Origin: a virus
IMG/VR virus record: IMGVR_UViG_3300012944_000024
Coordinates: 1-64,000 of that record
Length of the DNA stretch: 64,000 nt
Reading direction: 5' to 3' (one strand)
Positions 1 through 9,171 of this stretch are shown here, in pieces. Both the position numbers and the translations under genes were made by a program. Positions within the stretch are counted from its first letter, which is position 1. Each line of letters starts with the position of its first letter. The notes under the pieces were generated by a model. It ran no database searches and had not been told where the DNA came from. It saw nothing but the letters and a program-made list of their open reading frames with translations.

Positions 1-114
1 ACCCCGACCGCGACCCCGACCGCGCCCGCGACCCCGACCCCGACCCCGACCGCGACCCCGACCCCGACCGCGACCCCGACCGCGACCGCGACCCCGACCG
101 CGACCGCGACCGCG
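1..114. repeat. Hexamer tandem repeat ACC(C/G)CG x19
   Basis: Alternating ACCCCG/ACCGCG units (one CCCGCG), encoding SG/SR dipeptides on the minus strand. Confidence 0.95.
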
Positions 115-151
115 ACGAGTCGAACGCACCCCGCAAAATCGCCGCGTTCAC
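1..151 (-). CDS. Ser-Arg/Ser-Gly repeat protein (runs off window)
   Basis: GTG at 151 overlaps stop of 148..489; reads VNAAILRGAFDSSRSRSRSRSGSRS... Confidence 0.6.
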   Translation of the reverse strand, partial: MNAAILRGAFDSSRSRSRSGSRSRSGSRSGSGSRSGSGSGSRARSGSRSG

Positions 152-489
152 TTCGAAGCCTTGGGGATCTCGTGCTTCCACGGGAAAATATCGCAGACCG
201 CCCCGCGCCCCACGACGAACCAGTCCGGTGCGCGCTCGAACTCTTCGATCGTCCCGGTCGCGAGCATCTCGCCAAAACGTCCCGTATCGGCCACCCACCC
301 TCCGTCCTCGAGCACGAAGAAGTCTCGCCCGATCGCCCTGACCACCCCGAGGTCGATCATGGTCACCGTGCGGATGACGATCTTGTCGCCCACCTTGAAG
401 GGCAAGAGCACTTGCGGCTTGTCGGCCCCACCGCACATCCGCTTGATCTCCAGCAGCTGCTTTACCGTCAGTTCATCGATGTTGATCAT
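148..489 (-). CDS. Conserved phage protein (DUF6948-like)
   Basis: MINIDELTVKQ...IRTVTM...LEDGGWVADTGRF...VGRGAV; resembles small phage proteins that precede low-complexity repeat ORFs. Confidence 0.7.
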   Translation of the reverse strand: MINIDELTVKQLLEIKRMCGGADKPQVLLPFKVGDKIVIRTVTMIDLGVVRAIGRDFFVLEDGGWVADTGRFGEMLATGTIEEFERAPDWFVVGRGAVCDIFPWKHEIPKASK

Positions 490-497
490 GCCCGCCG

Positions 498-764
498 CTA
501 TGCCTGGGAACCCGGGTTCCCAGCAAAAGGGTCGCGATGGATATGACCAAGCGCGAAGCGCGCAACGTGCTCGCGCACCCGACCCGAGTCGCACTTGCGC
601 CGGAGCGGGAAGGCGACCGCCTTGCAGGCCGGGTGCTCGCAGGAGAGCTCAATCACCTGCTCCTCCCACCGCCCCTCCTCGGCGTCGAAGACGCGCGGCT
701 CGTAGCGCCCCACCACGTGCGGAGCCATGTCGGGCCGGTACTCGAGCTTCTTGTCGTTGCTCAT
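498..764 (-). CDS. Hypothetical protein
   Basis: ATGA overlap with upstream gene; ends GNPGSQA, encoded by the 16-bp palindrome plus GGCATAG. Confidence 0.75.
   Translation of the reverse strand: MSNDKKLEYRPDMAPHVVGRYEPRVFDAEEGRWEEQVIELSCEHPACKAVAFPLRRKCDSGRVREHVARFALGHIHRDPFAGNPGSQA
506..521. repeat. 16-bp palindrome GGGAACCCGGGTTCCC copy 1
   Basis: Exact; in CDS tail (GNPGS); 1 nt from GGCATAG box. Confidence 0.98.
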
Positions 765-1054
765 AGCGGCGCCTGCCCCCCCATCGCGTCCCAGTGCTTG
801 TGGTGCTCCTCCGCGCACGGGCGGCAGAGCGGGATGGGGCGGTTCGGATCCTCTCCCTGCCCGTCCCAGGGGTAGGCGGTGCGCGAGGGCTCGAGCTGGA
901 TGTCCTGGTCTCGGCACTGGTAGGTCGCGTCGAGCCCCGCGTGGGTCGCGCAGTGCTGGCAGACCCGTTTCGGCGGACCGAGTAGGAGCTCACGGAACCG
1001 CCGGTGCGCGCCCTCGAAGTCGAGCGGCTGGGAAGCGGGGAGGATCAGGCCCAT
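761..1054 (-). CDS. Hypothetical Zn-binding protein
   Basis: CQHC...LCRPC motifs; coupled to neighbours. Confidence 0.7.
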   Translation of the reverse strand: MGLILPASQPLDFEGAHRRFRELLLGPPKRVCQHCATHAGLDATYQCRDQDIQLEPSRTAYPWDGQGEDPNRPIPLCRPCAEEHHKHWDAMGGQAPL

Positions 1055-1134
1055 TCGTCCAGCCACCCGTAGAGCACCCAGCAAAAACACGCCACCCACG
1101 TGCCCACCGCGAACATCCCCATCGGGTCATCCAT
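1045..1134 (-). CDS. 29-aa hydrophobic peptide
   Basis: MDDPMGMFAVGTWVACFCWVLYGWLDEWA; TGATG overlap with upstream stop; fills the gap exactly. Confidence 0.5.
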   Translation of the reverse strand: MDDPMGMFAVGTWVACFCWVLYGWLDEWA

Positions 1135-1526
1135 CACGCGGCCCGCTTGCGCGCCCGCTTGCGCGCCCGCTTGCGCGCGTTGCGGGTGCGGCGATCAAGC
1201 TCCTGCTTTCGCATCGCCCCCTCTGCCCTCCACCTCGGCCCGCTCGTGTGAAACGCCAGCCAACTCACACGATACGTCTTGCCCCCATCCTCATCGGCGC
1301 GCTTCTCGATCGCCCAGGTGCGCGAGCGCATCCGCAGCAGCGCGATCGCGTAGAGGAAGTACTGCGGCTCTCGCTCGCCCTTTCGGAAGCGGTAGTCGAC
1401 CGCGCCCGCGGCGTGCAGCTTGGAGCGCGCGATCCAGATCAGCCACCCCGCGGCCCTCGGGCCCTCGATGCGTACGCGCTGGCGCTGCGCCCAGATCCCC
1501 TGCACGTCGAAACTCGGCGGCTTCAT
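1134..1526 (-). CDS. Hypothetical basic protein
   Basis: ATGA overlap; C-terminal (RKRA)x3 from a 12-bp tandem repeat. Confidence 0.7.
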   Translation of the reverse strand: MKPPSFDVQGIWAQRQRVRIEGPRAAGWLIWIARSKLHAAGAVDYRFRKGEREPQYFLYAIALLRMRSRTWAIEKRADEDGGKTYRVSWLAFHTSGPRWRAEGAMRKQELDRRTRNARKRARKRARKRAA

Positions 1527-1792
1527 CGCGGCGCCAATGGAGCGGCGCGAAGCTCAAGACGAATCTCGACAATCTGCTTCTCGAGCGCGACCACCTTGCG
1601 CTCCGCCCCCTCGGCCCTCGCGAGCGCGTCGCGCAGGGCGTCGCTGTAAAAGACGACGAGCGAGGTGATCGCATTGTGCCCGGTCGCGGCGCTGTCGCCG
1701 TGCCGAGAACGGAGCCCGACGCCGACCTGCGCCTCGATCGCCTCGATCGCCGCGCGCACCTGCTCGCCACTCGTCGGCTTCTCGTCTCCCAT
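1523..1792 (-). CDS. Hypothetical coiled-coil protein
   Basis: 89-aa ORF; GGCATAG box 9 nt upstream. Confidence 0.7.
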   Translation of the reverse strand: MGDEKPTSGEQVRAAIEAIEAQVGVGLRSRHGDSAATGHNAITSLVVFYSDALRDALARAEGAERKVVALEKQIVEIRLELRAAPLAPR

Positions 1793-1801
1793 GCCCGCCC
1801 G

Positions 1802-1981
1802 CTATGCCTTGTTCTTCGCCACCCACTTGCCGATCTTGCTCTTCGGCTTGACCTTCTGGGGCAGGTGCTTCGTCTTGCCGCGCGACGCGTCGTTGAACTC
1901 GTCGACGACGCCCTGCTCGATCTCCCCGCGCGCGGCTGCGGCGTTCATGTAGCGCTGCTGACTTATGCTTTTATAGGGAAT
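1802..1981 (-). CDS. Small basic phage protein (MPxKS..QQRYM type), apparent ATT start
   Basis: (I/M)PYKSISQQRYMNAAAARGEIEQGVVDEFNDASRG; GGAGGAGG upstream of ATT. Confidence 0.6.
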   Translation of the reverse strand: MPYKSISQQRYMNAAAARGEIEQGVVDEFNDASRGKTKHLPQKVKPKSKIGKWVAKNKA

Positions 1982-1985
1982 GGGA

Positions 1986-2453
1986 TCACCCTCCTCCCGC
2001 AGGCGGCTTGTCCGTCGGGGTCTCGTGCTGCCGGCCGAGCGCTTGGAGCTGCGAGCGCATCGCCGACCCGAGCAGGCTCTGAAAGAGGCTCTGGGGGATG
2101 CCGGCCGACGCGGCGAACCGCGCGAGCTCCAGGGTGAAGTTGCCAACCCCCTCGACGGCAGCCCGGTAGAACCGCTCCTGCGGGCCCGACAGGCGCATGA
2201 ACTGGTCGGGCGCGGCGTGGAAGGTGTGGCCCTCCTCGAGCTCCACCACGGGGGTGGAGCGGGCATGCTCGTACGCCTCGGCCTTCTCGACCTTCGGCTC
2301 GTAGACGTGCCCCTCGCCGTCGAAGAAGCGCGCCACGCGCCCGACGGTGCCGGATCGGATGTGGATCACCCACGCCTGCTCCTGCACCAGCCCCCTCCAC
2401 CAGTCGATCGGGGTCATGGTCGGTTGCTCGTCGCTCATCGGGGCGGTCCTCAT
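1986..2453 (-). CDS. Hypothetical protein
   Basis: 155-aa ORF, ATGA overlap. Confidence 0.75.
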   Translation of the reverse strand: MRTAPMSDEQPTMTPIDWWRGLVQEQAWVIHIRSGTVGRVARFFDGEGHVYEPKVEKAEAYEHARSTPVVELEEGHTFHAAPDQFMRLSGPQERFYRAAVEGVGNFTLELARFAASAGIPQSLFQSLLGSAMRSQLQALGRQHETPTDKPPAGGG

Positions 2454-2857
2454 TCGTCAGGCGGGCGGTTGCGGGCGTGGCCGGCGAGATCGATGGGTGC
2501 GGCCGCAACCACATCCTCAACGAAGTCCTCGGGGTTCGCTAGCTGCTCGCCCAGCGCGGGCCGCCACCGCCAGTCGGGGTCCTCGAGATCGGCAACCAGC
2601 TCGGGCGGCAGGCGCCGCCAGTTCGCGTGCGGATCGCGCGCCGTACTCTCCCACCCCCGCACGTAGCCGGCGCGGTAGCAGGTCTCGGCGAGCCGTGTGC
2701 CAAACTCCAGCACCATCGCGCGCGTCAGCCGGTGGGGGTTGGCGTTGAGGAACTCGATCACCAGGAGGCGAAGGCGCGCGGGTGGGGTGGGCCCTTCGTG
2801 GAACGTCCCGAACGCCTTCTCGAACGCGTCGCGTAGGAAGCGGGCGAACGGGGTCAC
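2450..2857 (-). CDS. Hypothetical protein
   Basis: GTG start overlapping the methyltransferase stop ([14 protein letters not shown]...). Confidence 0.75.
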   Translation of the reverse strand: MTPFARFLRDAFEKAFGTFHEGPTPPARLRLLVIEFLNANPHRLTRAMVLEFGTRLAETCYRAGYVRGWESTARDPHANWRRLPPELVADLEDPDWRWRPALGEQLANPEDFVEDVVAAAPIDLAGHARNRPPDE

Positions 2858-4845
2858 TTCGAGTGCCGGATGATCTGACCCTTGGCGATCCGCGCCATCG
2901 CCCACGCCGCGTGCTTCGGTACGAGCTCGATCCCCACCACCTCATCCCAGCCCGCTTGCAGCGCACCAATGATTTCACTTCCGGCTCCGGAAAACGGTAC
3001 GAGCAGGCGCCTCGGCTTGCCGTCCGCGCGCGGCGGCGGGAGGAGCATGCGGGCGAAGTAGCGACAGAGGTCGATCGGCTTGAGCGTGCTGTGTCCGTTC
3101 TTCGCGCGCCCTTGGCGCGAACCGTCCCGCATGGCACCAACGCCATGCGGGACGGTCTCGAAATTCTCGAGCCCCCGGTCGCGCTCCTCGCGCGAGACCT
3201 TTGATGTGAAGAAGAATCGGCTCGCACCTCCTCGGTCGCCGCGAGCCGTGTCGGTGCTGTCGACGCCTCCGAACATCCCCCCGGGATAGTCGGGTCGGTG
3301 CCTCCCGCCCCCCGACATCCCCGGCCGGTCCCCACTCTGCAAGTCGAGCAGGCGCACCGGGCAGCCCTCGACGCACTCGTACGCGTCGATCGTCTCCTTC
3401 CCATTGACTCCGTAGCCGGCGTCGGGCGTCCCCACCGGGTACGTCCCACGACCATGCATCCCATCCAGCGCGCCTCGGTTCTTGACCCCGTTGCGCTTGA
3501 CCGCGGTCCCCGTCTTGACCACGCGCTCCCCCACCCTCACGCAATCGGGTGCGTGCGATAGCACCACGTTCGCCGGCCACCTCCCCTTCACCTTCTTGCC
3601 CGCGTAGCCGGTGACGTTCTTGGGAGCGATCGAGGCTGGACTCGAACCATCGTTGCCCGCGGGAGCGTTGAACCGTTCAACGCTCCCGATGCGGCTCGCC
3701 TCGATGTCGAGCCCACCCACCCCATGGGTCACCGCGTTGTCCGCGATCGTCCCGCGATGCGGCTTGCTCACCAGCAGCAGGGGCTCGTAGTCAGGGGCTA
3801 AGTCCGAGCTTGCGACCTCTGATGTAACAAGAGCGACCGCAGAAGACGCGAGGGTGAACTCGAGTCCAGCAGCGGCGACGGCGAACGATGCGACCGCAAG
3901 CGAGGCACTCGGCGTCATGCCACGTCCGCTCGTCGCGACCTCGATGATGAGTTCTGGCGTGATCTTCGACAGTGAGGAGTTCAAGGTTCTCAATGCGGTT
4001 GTCAGACTTGATGCCGTTTCGATGGTGAACGTGCTCTCTCGTCTCAAGATCTCGTTCAAGGTGTCGAGCCATGACGACACGATGCTCAAGCTCGTAGGCA
4101 CCGTCGAATCGGACCGCGACGTAGCCATCACTCCGAACAAATCGTCCGGTGAACTGCACTGTTGCACGGCATCCCATAGAACAGAACCGAGCGGTGCGAG
4201 CGCGTCTCGACTTGACGACGAAAGCCTGTCCGCAATTTTCGCAAGTGAGCTCAATTGGCATGCAACTTCCGTCAGCTTGTGAGCCAACGATACCACGATC
4301 CCCTTCAGATCGAGCGGCTTCTGGACCATCTCGAGTATTTCCCACGCCGGCTTGAGCGCTGTCCCCTGCCCATCCCACCGCCTCGCCTCTTCTGAGATCG
4401 CCGCGCCCTTGTCGGTCATCCCATAGTGAGGACCACCCAACGCGGGACTCTGACTCACCACGGAGGTGGCGCGGTCGCGCCACCTCCCCCGCTTCTTGTC
4501 GAGCTCCTTCGCGATGTCGAGCGACTTGGGCCACCCGCTCGCGTAGAGCCACATGCAGACGTCGCACGGCAAAAAGCCCGCGTCCTCCACGTTGACCGCC
4601 ATCCGATGGAACGTCCGCGTGCCGCCGAAGAAGAACGCGAACGCCCCCGGCCTCAGGACCCGCAGCACCTCGACGAACGCGTTGACGCTCGGGACGTCGT
4701 AGTCCCACTTGACCCCGCCGCTGCCGTGCATGAACTCGAGACCGTAGGGCGGGTCGGCGAACGCCGCGTCGAAGCTCTCCGGCTCCATCTCGCGCAGCAC
4801 CCGGCGCACGTCCCCGACGACGATCTCGTACGGGCGACCGCTCAC
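2854..4845 (-). CDS. DNA methyltransferase (beta-class N6A/N4C) with ~180-aa in-frame insertion
   Basis: FADPPYGL catalytic motif, [50 protein letters not shown] motif; GTGA overlap with ParB-like gene. Confidence 0.9.
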   Translation of the reverse strand: MSGRPYEIVVGDVRRVLREMEPESFDAAFADPPYGLEFMHGSGGVKWDYDVPSVNAFVEVLRVLRPGAFAFFFGGTRTFHRMAVNVEDAGFLPCDVCMWLYASGWPKSLDIAKELDKKRGRWRDRATSVVSQSPALGGPHYGMTDKGAAISEEARRWDGQGTALKPAWEILEMVQKPLDLKGIVVSLAHKLTEVACQLSSLAKIADRLSSSSRDALAPLGSVLWDAVQQCSSPDDLFGVMATSRSDSTVPTSLSIVSSWLDTLNEILRRESTFTIETASSLTTALRTLNSSLSKITPELIIEVATSGRGMTPSASLAVASFAVAAAGLEFTLASSAVALVTSEVASSDLAPDYEPLLLVSKPHRGTIADNAVTHGVGGLDIEASRIGSVERFNAPAGNDGSSPASIAPKNVTGYAGKKVKGRWPANVVLSHAPDCVRVGERVVKTGTAVKRNGVKNRGALDGMHGRGTYPVGTPDAGYGVNGKETIDAYECVEGCPVRLLDLQSGDRPGMSGGGRHRPDYPGGMFGGVDSTDTARGDRGGASRFFFTSKVSREERDRGLENFETVPHGVGAMRDGSRQGRAKNGHSTLKPIDLCRYFARMLLPPPRADGKPRRLLVPFSGAGSEIIGALQAGWDEVVGIELVPKHAAWAMARIAKGQIIRHSK
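3791..4261 (-). CDS. HNH endonuclease nested in an alternative frame of the methyltransferase
   Basis: [10 protein letters not shown]...FCSMGC, DGYV...EHRVVM...[19 protein letters not shown], second CxxC...FCGRSC; GGAAG upstream of ATG. Confidence 0.9.
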   Translation of the reverse strand: MPIELTCENCGQAFVVKSRRARTARFCSMGCRATVQFTGRFVRSDGYVAVRFDGAYELEHRVVMARHLERDLETREHVHHRNGIKSDNRIENLELLTVEDHARTHHRGRDERTWHDAECLACGRIVRRRRCWTRVHPRVFCGRSCYIRGRKLGLSP

Positions 4846-5510
4846 TTGCGCCGCTTGCCGCCGAGCAGCTCGAGCACCACGTCGCCCGTCCCCCGCTTGC
4901 TCGTGCGCGCCTTCTCCTCGAGCTTCTCCTTCACCGCGTCGCGCGTCTTCTTGTCCTTGAACTCGAGCCGCAGGGTCGCGGTCCCCACGATCGTCTCGGT
5001 CTCCTCGGTGATCCTGGGGGGCTCGGAGAACTTCATGTACCGCGCGTAGTCGTCCTCCTCGAACCCGAGCATCTCCTTCTCCTCGGGCAGCACCGGGGAG
5101 GTGTGGGCGATGTCCTCGAGCATCTCGCCGACGAGCTTCGCGATGAACTCTCCCTCCACGTTGTTGAGGGCGATGTTCAAGATCTTCGCCTCCCGATCGA
5201 TGAGGTCGAGCACCACGCACGGCAGCCGGGGGGTCGCGACGTTGTCCTCGATGCAGATCTCCCGCACCGCCTTGACCCGCTGGTGTCCCCCCACGATCAC
5301 CATCGGACCGTGCGCCTTGCTGAAGCGCTGGATGACGAGGTTCTCGAGAAACCCATTCTTCCGGATCCCCTGCTTGAGCGCGTCGAACTTGTAGGGCGAG
5401 ATCGAACGCGGATTGTACGCGGCAGGTTGCAGCTCTTGCACCGCCATCATCACCACTGATCGAACCTCGAACGGTTGCAGCACCTGCGCGACTGTCTTTG
5501 ATCGGTTCAT
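4842..5510 (-). CDS. ParB/Srx N-terminal domain protein
   Basis: LQPAAYNPR...[12 protein letters not shown]...[10 protein letters not shown] (ParB box I/II-like). Confidence 0.85.
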   Translation of the reverse strand: MNRSKTVAQVLQPFEVRSVVMMAVQELQPAAYNPRSISPYKFDALKQGIRKNGFLENLVIQRFSKAHGPMVIVGGHQRVKAVREICIEDNVATPRLPCVVLDLIDREAKILNIALNNVEGEFIAKLVGEMLEDIAHTSPVLPEEKEMLGFEEDDYARYMKFSEPPRITEETETIVGTATLRLEFKDKKTRDAVKEKLEEKARTSKRGTGDVVLELLGGKRRK

Positions 5511-5989
5511 ATGTGCACCCATCGAACCCTCGTAACGATCTTGGAGATCGCCCCTTGTCGCACGCCAAACCGTTCGGCAAGCGTCTTACGTGACTCCCCG
5601 GCCTTAGCAGCAGCGCGGATCTCCAACACCTGTTCGTCGGTCAGCTTGGCGAGATGATGCCCAACCCCTGCCTTGCTATGGCGTCGACCCTTCTTCATCG
5701 AATCGTGGACGTTGTCCTTCTGCGTTCCGACGAAGAGATGTTCGGGGTTCACGCACCGCGGAGTATCGCAAGTGTGCAGGACAAGTAACCCAGCCGGCAC
5801 TGGACCCCTATGCATCCACCACGACACCACGTGCGCGCGATTCGACCTGCTGCGCTTCGTACCCGGGATGAATGCGTAGAAGAAACCGTACCCGTCCTTG
5901 TCCAGACCCCCAGTCCAGAGCCAGCACCCGTCACTCTTCTCTACGTGCGTGAAAAACCGGATCCTCGGTTCGATTGTTCTGGGCGCCAC
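5507..5989 (-). CDS. HNH endonuclease with C-terminal HTH
   Basis: CWLWTG..DKDGYG, AHVVSW, VLHTCDTPRCVNPEHL..GTQKDN, KLTDEQVLEIR. Confidence 0.92.
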   Translation of the reverse strand: MAPRTIEPRIRFFTHVEKSDGCWLWTGGLDKDGYGFFYAFIPGTKRSRSNRAHVVSWWMHRGPVPAGLLVLHTCDTPRCVNPEHLFVGTQKDNVHDSMKKGRRHSKAGVGHHLAKLTDEQVLEIRAAAKAGESRKTLAERFGVRQGAISKIVTRVRWVHI

Positions 5990-6006
5990 GCCTCCCCCTA
6001 TGCCCC

Positions 6007-6022
6007 GGGAACCCGGGTTCCC
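6007..6022. repeat. 16-bp palindrome copy 2
   Basis: Exact; intergenic after ruvC; 2 nt from GGCATAG box. Confidence 0.98.
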
Positions 6023-6027
6023 ACCAG

Positions 6028-6576
6028 CTAGGCGAGCGAGAGGAACGGCAGACCGAGCTCCGAGAGCCCCGCGTTGGCCACGACGAACGCGTCGACCTGG
6101 TCGCCGTCGGCGAACGGGGCACCATGGTCCCAGATCGCCTGATGGGTCACACGCTTCACGTCTTCGCGTGGGAGCTTGCCCAGGATCAGCTTGCGCGCGC
6201 TCGACGCCACCACGGGGCGCAACGTGCGCCCGTAGGTGAATAGCTCGACCCGGCAGACTCCCCCTAGCTCCGCGAGCCTGGTCACGCTGCTCGAGTGCTT
6301 GGAGAAGGCATACCCCTCTACGAAGGTGTGCTGGGCGCGCTTCTCGAGGACGAAGTTGCGCGCCCACCCGGAGATCTTGATCAAGCGCCGGTACTGCCAG
6401 GCGAGAGCGTCAACCCCCGTCTTGACCAGCGCGTCGTCGCCCCCGACGTACGTTTCGAATCGTAATGTCAGCCAGTCGCCCAGCTCCCAACCTTGCGGGA
6501 TGAAGCAGGCGGCGGGCGCAGTGAGCGAGAGGTCGAACCCCACGATCCCGCCGAGCGAACGGACGCGCCTACCCAT
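6028..6576 (-). CDS. ruvC: RuvC-like Holliday junction resolvase
   Basis: VGFDLSLT, FVEGY, LAELGGV, DQVDAF acidic motifs. Confidence 0.85.
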   Translation of the reverse strand: MGRRVRSLGGIVGFDLSLTAPAACFIPQGWELGDWLTLRFETYVGGDDALVKTGVDALAWQYRRLIKISGWARNFVLEKRAQHTFVEGYAFSKHSSSVTRLAELGGVCRVELFTYGRTLRPVVASSARKLILGKLPREDVKRVTHQAIWDHGAPFADGDQVDAFVVANAGLSELGLPFLSLA

Positions 6577-8530
6577 CGACCACCCGCGCGGTCGAGTGCT
6601 TCCCGTCGCTCACGATCTCGATCCGCCCCGGCAGCGCATCCAGCACGCTCGCGTGGTGGGCGATCACGATCCCCTGCCCGAACCCCGCCCGGCCGAGCAG
6701 ACCGGGGAGGTGGGAGGCGAGGGCCCGGCGGTTCTCGCCGTCGAGGGCGCCGAACAGCTCGTCGAGCATCGCGACCCCCCAGCCGGCCATCCGGTCCTGC
6801 CGGAGCCACGCTGACGCGCCCACCTGGAAGGCGAAGCCGGCGAGGTCGTCGGCCCCCCCGCTCCTCTCGCTCGGCTCGAGCTCAAGCTTGTTGGTGAGCT
6901 GCGCGCCCCTCTCCGCCCCGCACCTCGCGCACTCCCGCACCCTGCGCGACGCGGGGAACGCGGCCCCGCACCCGCTGCACTGCGCTGCCAGCCCCGCGGT
7001 CTCCCGGCTCCACACGACCTTCACGGAGAGCTCGATGCCGCTGACCGCCAGGACGTCCTGGTTGGCGCGGTCCTCGATCTCCGCCAGCGCCCCCTCGGCC
7101 ATCCTGCGTTGCGCCCCGCCCTTGCCGAAGATCGCCGCCCCTGCCGCGGCCACCCGCGCGGCCCGTTCGAGCTGGACGAGCTCCTCGTCGATGGTGGCGA
7201 TCTGCACGCCCCGCGCCTCGATCGCCTGGACCGATCCCGATAGCTGGGTGTGCAGGCGCCGCGCGCCCTCGAGCAGCACCTCCACGTTCGCCGCCTCGGT
7301 TGGGTCGTAGGTTCCCGTGGGGGCGCCGAGCTTCGCGTGCTTCTCCTTCGAGACTCGCAGCCGCCGCGCCTCCTCGCGCAAGTCGTCGAGCCGCTGGGAG
7401 TCGCGTCGCCGCACCCGCAGCGCCTCCTGGGCGAGTAGGTGCTCCTGGTGCTTCGCCTCGTACTCGGCCCCCGTGGCCTCGTCCTCGCTCTTGTCGAGCG
7501 CCGCCTGGGTCAAGTTGGCCGAGGTCTCCGAGACCACGAACGCCTGCGCGGGGCACGCCTTGCCGGCGATCGGGCAGACCCCGTCGAAGTGGCCGAGCGA
7601 GACGTTCATGCGCGCGCGGACCCGCTCGCCGATCGCCAGGCACCTCGCCCCCAGCCGCTGCAGCTCCCGGCCCAGCTCACCTTCGCTCGCCTCGAGCGCG
7701 TCGGTCTTCGGGGCCACGTTGCGCGCCGCGAGCTCGCGCCCCTGCGCGATGATCGCGTCGTAGCGGACGGCGTCCTCGGCGAGCCGGGCGCGCTCCGCGC
7801 CCTTCTCCTTCTCCCATCGGAACTGGCCCAGCTCCCTCTCCAACCTCTCGACCTCCCCCACCTGCACAGCCGCGCGCCCCGCGACCTCCTCGCCCGTCTT
7901 GCACCCGTGCCGCTCGAGCTCCCATCGCACCACCGCCTCGGCGTCCGCGCGCTCTCGCCGCTTGCCCTCGACGCGCGTCGAGAACTCCGCCAGCACCGCC
8001 TGGGCGTCGTCCTCGCACCGCTCGAGCGGCTCGAGCCGGATCCACGACGAGACCGTCTCCATCCTCGTGCCCGGATCCATCGAGACCATCCGGGCCATCT
8101 CGCGCTGGCGCATGTAGCAGAGCAGGAAGTCCTCGCGGTTGAGGCCGATGATCTGCTCGATCTGTCCTTGCGCCTCGGCGTTCATACTCGCGCCCTCGGG
8201 GTTGCCGGGCGGGAAGAGGGTCACCCGCTCGGGATGCGCGGCCGAGAAGGTCCGCACGATCCGGTGCCCGCTCGAGAGGTTGAGCTCCACCTCCAGACCC
8301 TTCTCCCCGCGTGTGATGAGGTCGGCCTTGCGCCGGCAGTCCTCGGGCATCCGGCCGTGCAGGCACCAGTCGATCGCGCCCACCAGGCTCGACTTGCCCA
8401 GGCGGTTCGAACGGTCCACCGCGACCGTCGAGGTCGCGACGAGCGCGTAGAAAGTCGAGCGCAGCGCAAGCTCCTGATCGCCCTTGAAGCACCGCCAGTT
8501 GCGCAGCTTGAGGCGCTCGATCGTGATCAC
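6569..8530 (-). CDS. sbcC: SbcC/Rad50-like (gp46-like) ATPase
   Basis: LKLRNWRCF, SNRLGKSS Walker A, coiled coil with central Cys pair, SGG signature, MLDELFGALD Walker B/D-loop, VIAHH. Confidence 0.9.
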   Translation of the reverse strand: MITIERLKLRNWRCFKGDQELALRSTFYALVATSTVAVDRSNRLGKSSLVGAIDWCLHGRMPEDCRRKADLITRGEKGLEVELNLSSGHRIVRTFSAAHPERVTLFPPGNPEGASMNAEAQGQIEQIIGLNREDFLLCYMRQREMARMVSMDPGTRMETVSSWIRLEPLERCEDDAQAVLAEFSTRVEGKRRERADAEAVVRWELERHGCKTGEEVAGRAAVQVGEVERLERELGQFRWEKEKGAERARLAEDAVRYDAIIAQGRELAARNVAPKTDALEASEGELGRELQRLGARCLAIGERVRARMNVSLGHFDGVCPIAGKACPAQAFVVSETSANLTQAALDKSEDEATGAEYEAKHQEHLLAQEALRVRRRDSQRLDDLREEARRLRVSKEKHAKLGAPTGTYDPTEAANVEVLLEGARRLHTQLSGSVQAIEARGVQIATIDEELVQLERAARVAAAGAAIFGKGGAQRRMAEGALAEIEDRANQDVLAVSGIELSVKVVWSRETAGLAAQCSGCGAAFPASRRVRECARCGAERGAQLTNKLELEPSERSGGADDLAGFAFQVGASAWLRQDRMAGWGVAMLDELFGALDGENRRALASHLPGLLGRAGFGQGIVIAHHASVLDALPGRIEIVSDGKHSTARVVDG

Positions 8531-9171
8531 AATATTCCTCGAACGATCTTGTCGATCTCCGTTTCTGGAGGGATCGGGCCTCTCGCATCGATCAGGACTC
8601 GAATGCACTCGTCCTGATCTCCTCCCTCTACAACGCGCAGATGCTTCAACTCAGACCACGCAAACCAACGAGCAAACCGCTCTAGTACAATTGGTTCGTC
8701 AATGGGGATCGACGCGTTTACTCGTTCTACTCGCAACGAGGGTGGTGTTTTGGAGACAGCTTTTTCTAACTGTCTCCTCTTCCAATCGGGCATCGGGGGG
8801 CGATTTAGCTCTGGCTCCCTGACGAGAGCTGTCCCTCTGATGCCACGAGAATCGACAACGTCGACTCGGAGAATCGTTCTCCCAATGAGAAGCCAACAGC
8901 CTTTGACGATCCCCTGCTGAGCGTATCGACGGCGCTCATCTACCTGCTGGTGCCAGGCAACGAGTTGTTCTTCTAGCTTGTAGACACGATCCTGAAGATC
9001 CTGCCGCCACTCGCTCGGAAGCTTGTCCGACTTCGCGATGTTGCATGGAGCACACGCGAGCACGAGGTTGCGGGGTAATGAACTACCCCCTCTTGAGAAC
9101 GGAACGACGTGATCTTCGTGGAACGGGCCGGTCTTCGTCTCGCAGTAGAAGCAACGCTCAACGATTCTCAT
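8527..9171 (-). CDS. HNH endonuclease (McrA-like N-terminal domain)
   Basis: CFYC...EDHVVPFSRGG....NLVLACAPCNIAKSDK; lower-GC DNA. Confidence 0.88.
   Translation of the reverse strand: MRIVERCFYCETKTGPFHEDHVVPFSRGGSSLPRNLVLACAPCNIAKSDKLPSEWRQDLQDRVYKLEEQLVAWHQQVDERRRYAQQGIVKGCWLLIGRTILRVDVVDSRGIRGTALVREPELNRPPMPDWKRRQLEKAVSKTPPSLRVERVNASIPIDEPIVLERFARWFAWSELKHLRVVEGGDQDECIRVLIDARGPIPPETEIDKIVRGIL

Noticed and set aside
3791-4350. Intein in the methyltransferase
   Set aside because: No Cys/Ser-start and His-Asn-end splicing motifs; the endonuclease is in a different frame
4842-5510. Complete ParABS plasmid-prophage partition system
   Set aside because: No ParA in the window, and ParB-N proteins next to methyltransferases are common in phages without a partition role; kept only as a candidate palindrome binder
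4846-5580. 908-aa methyltransferase N-terminal extension in the ORF track
   Set aside because: Overlaps the ParB-domain gene in another frame; true start is the GTG at 4845
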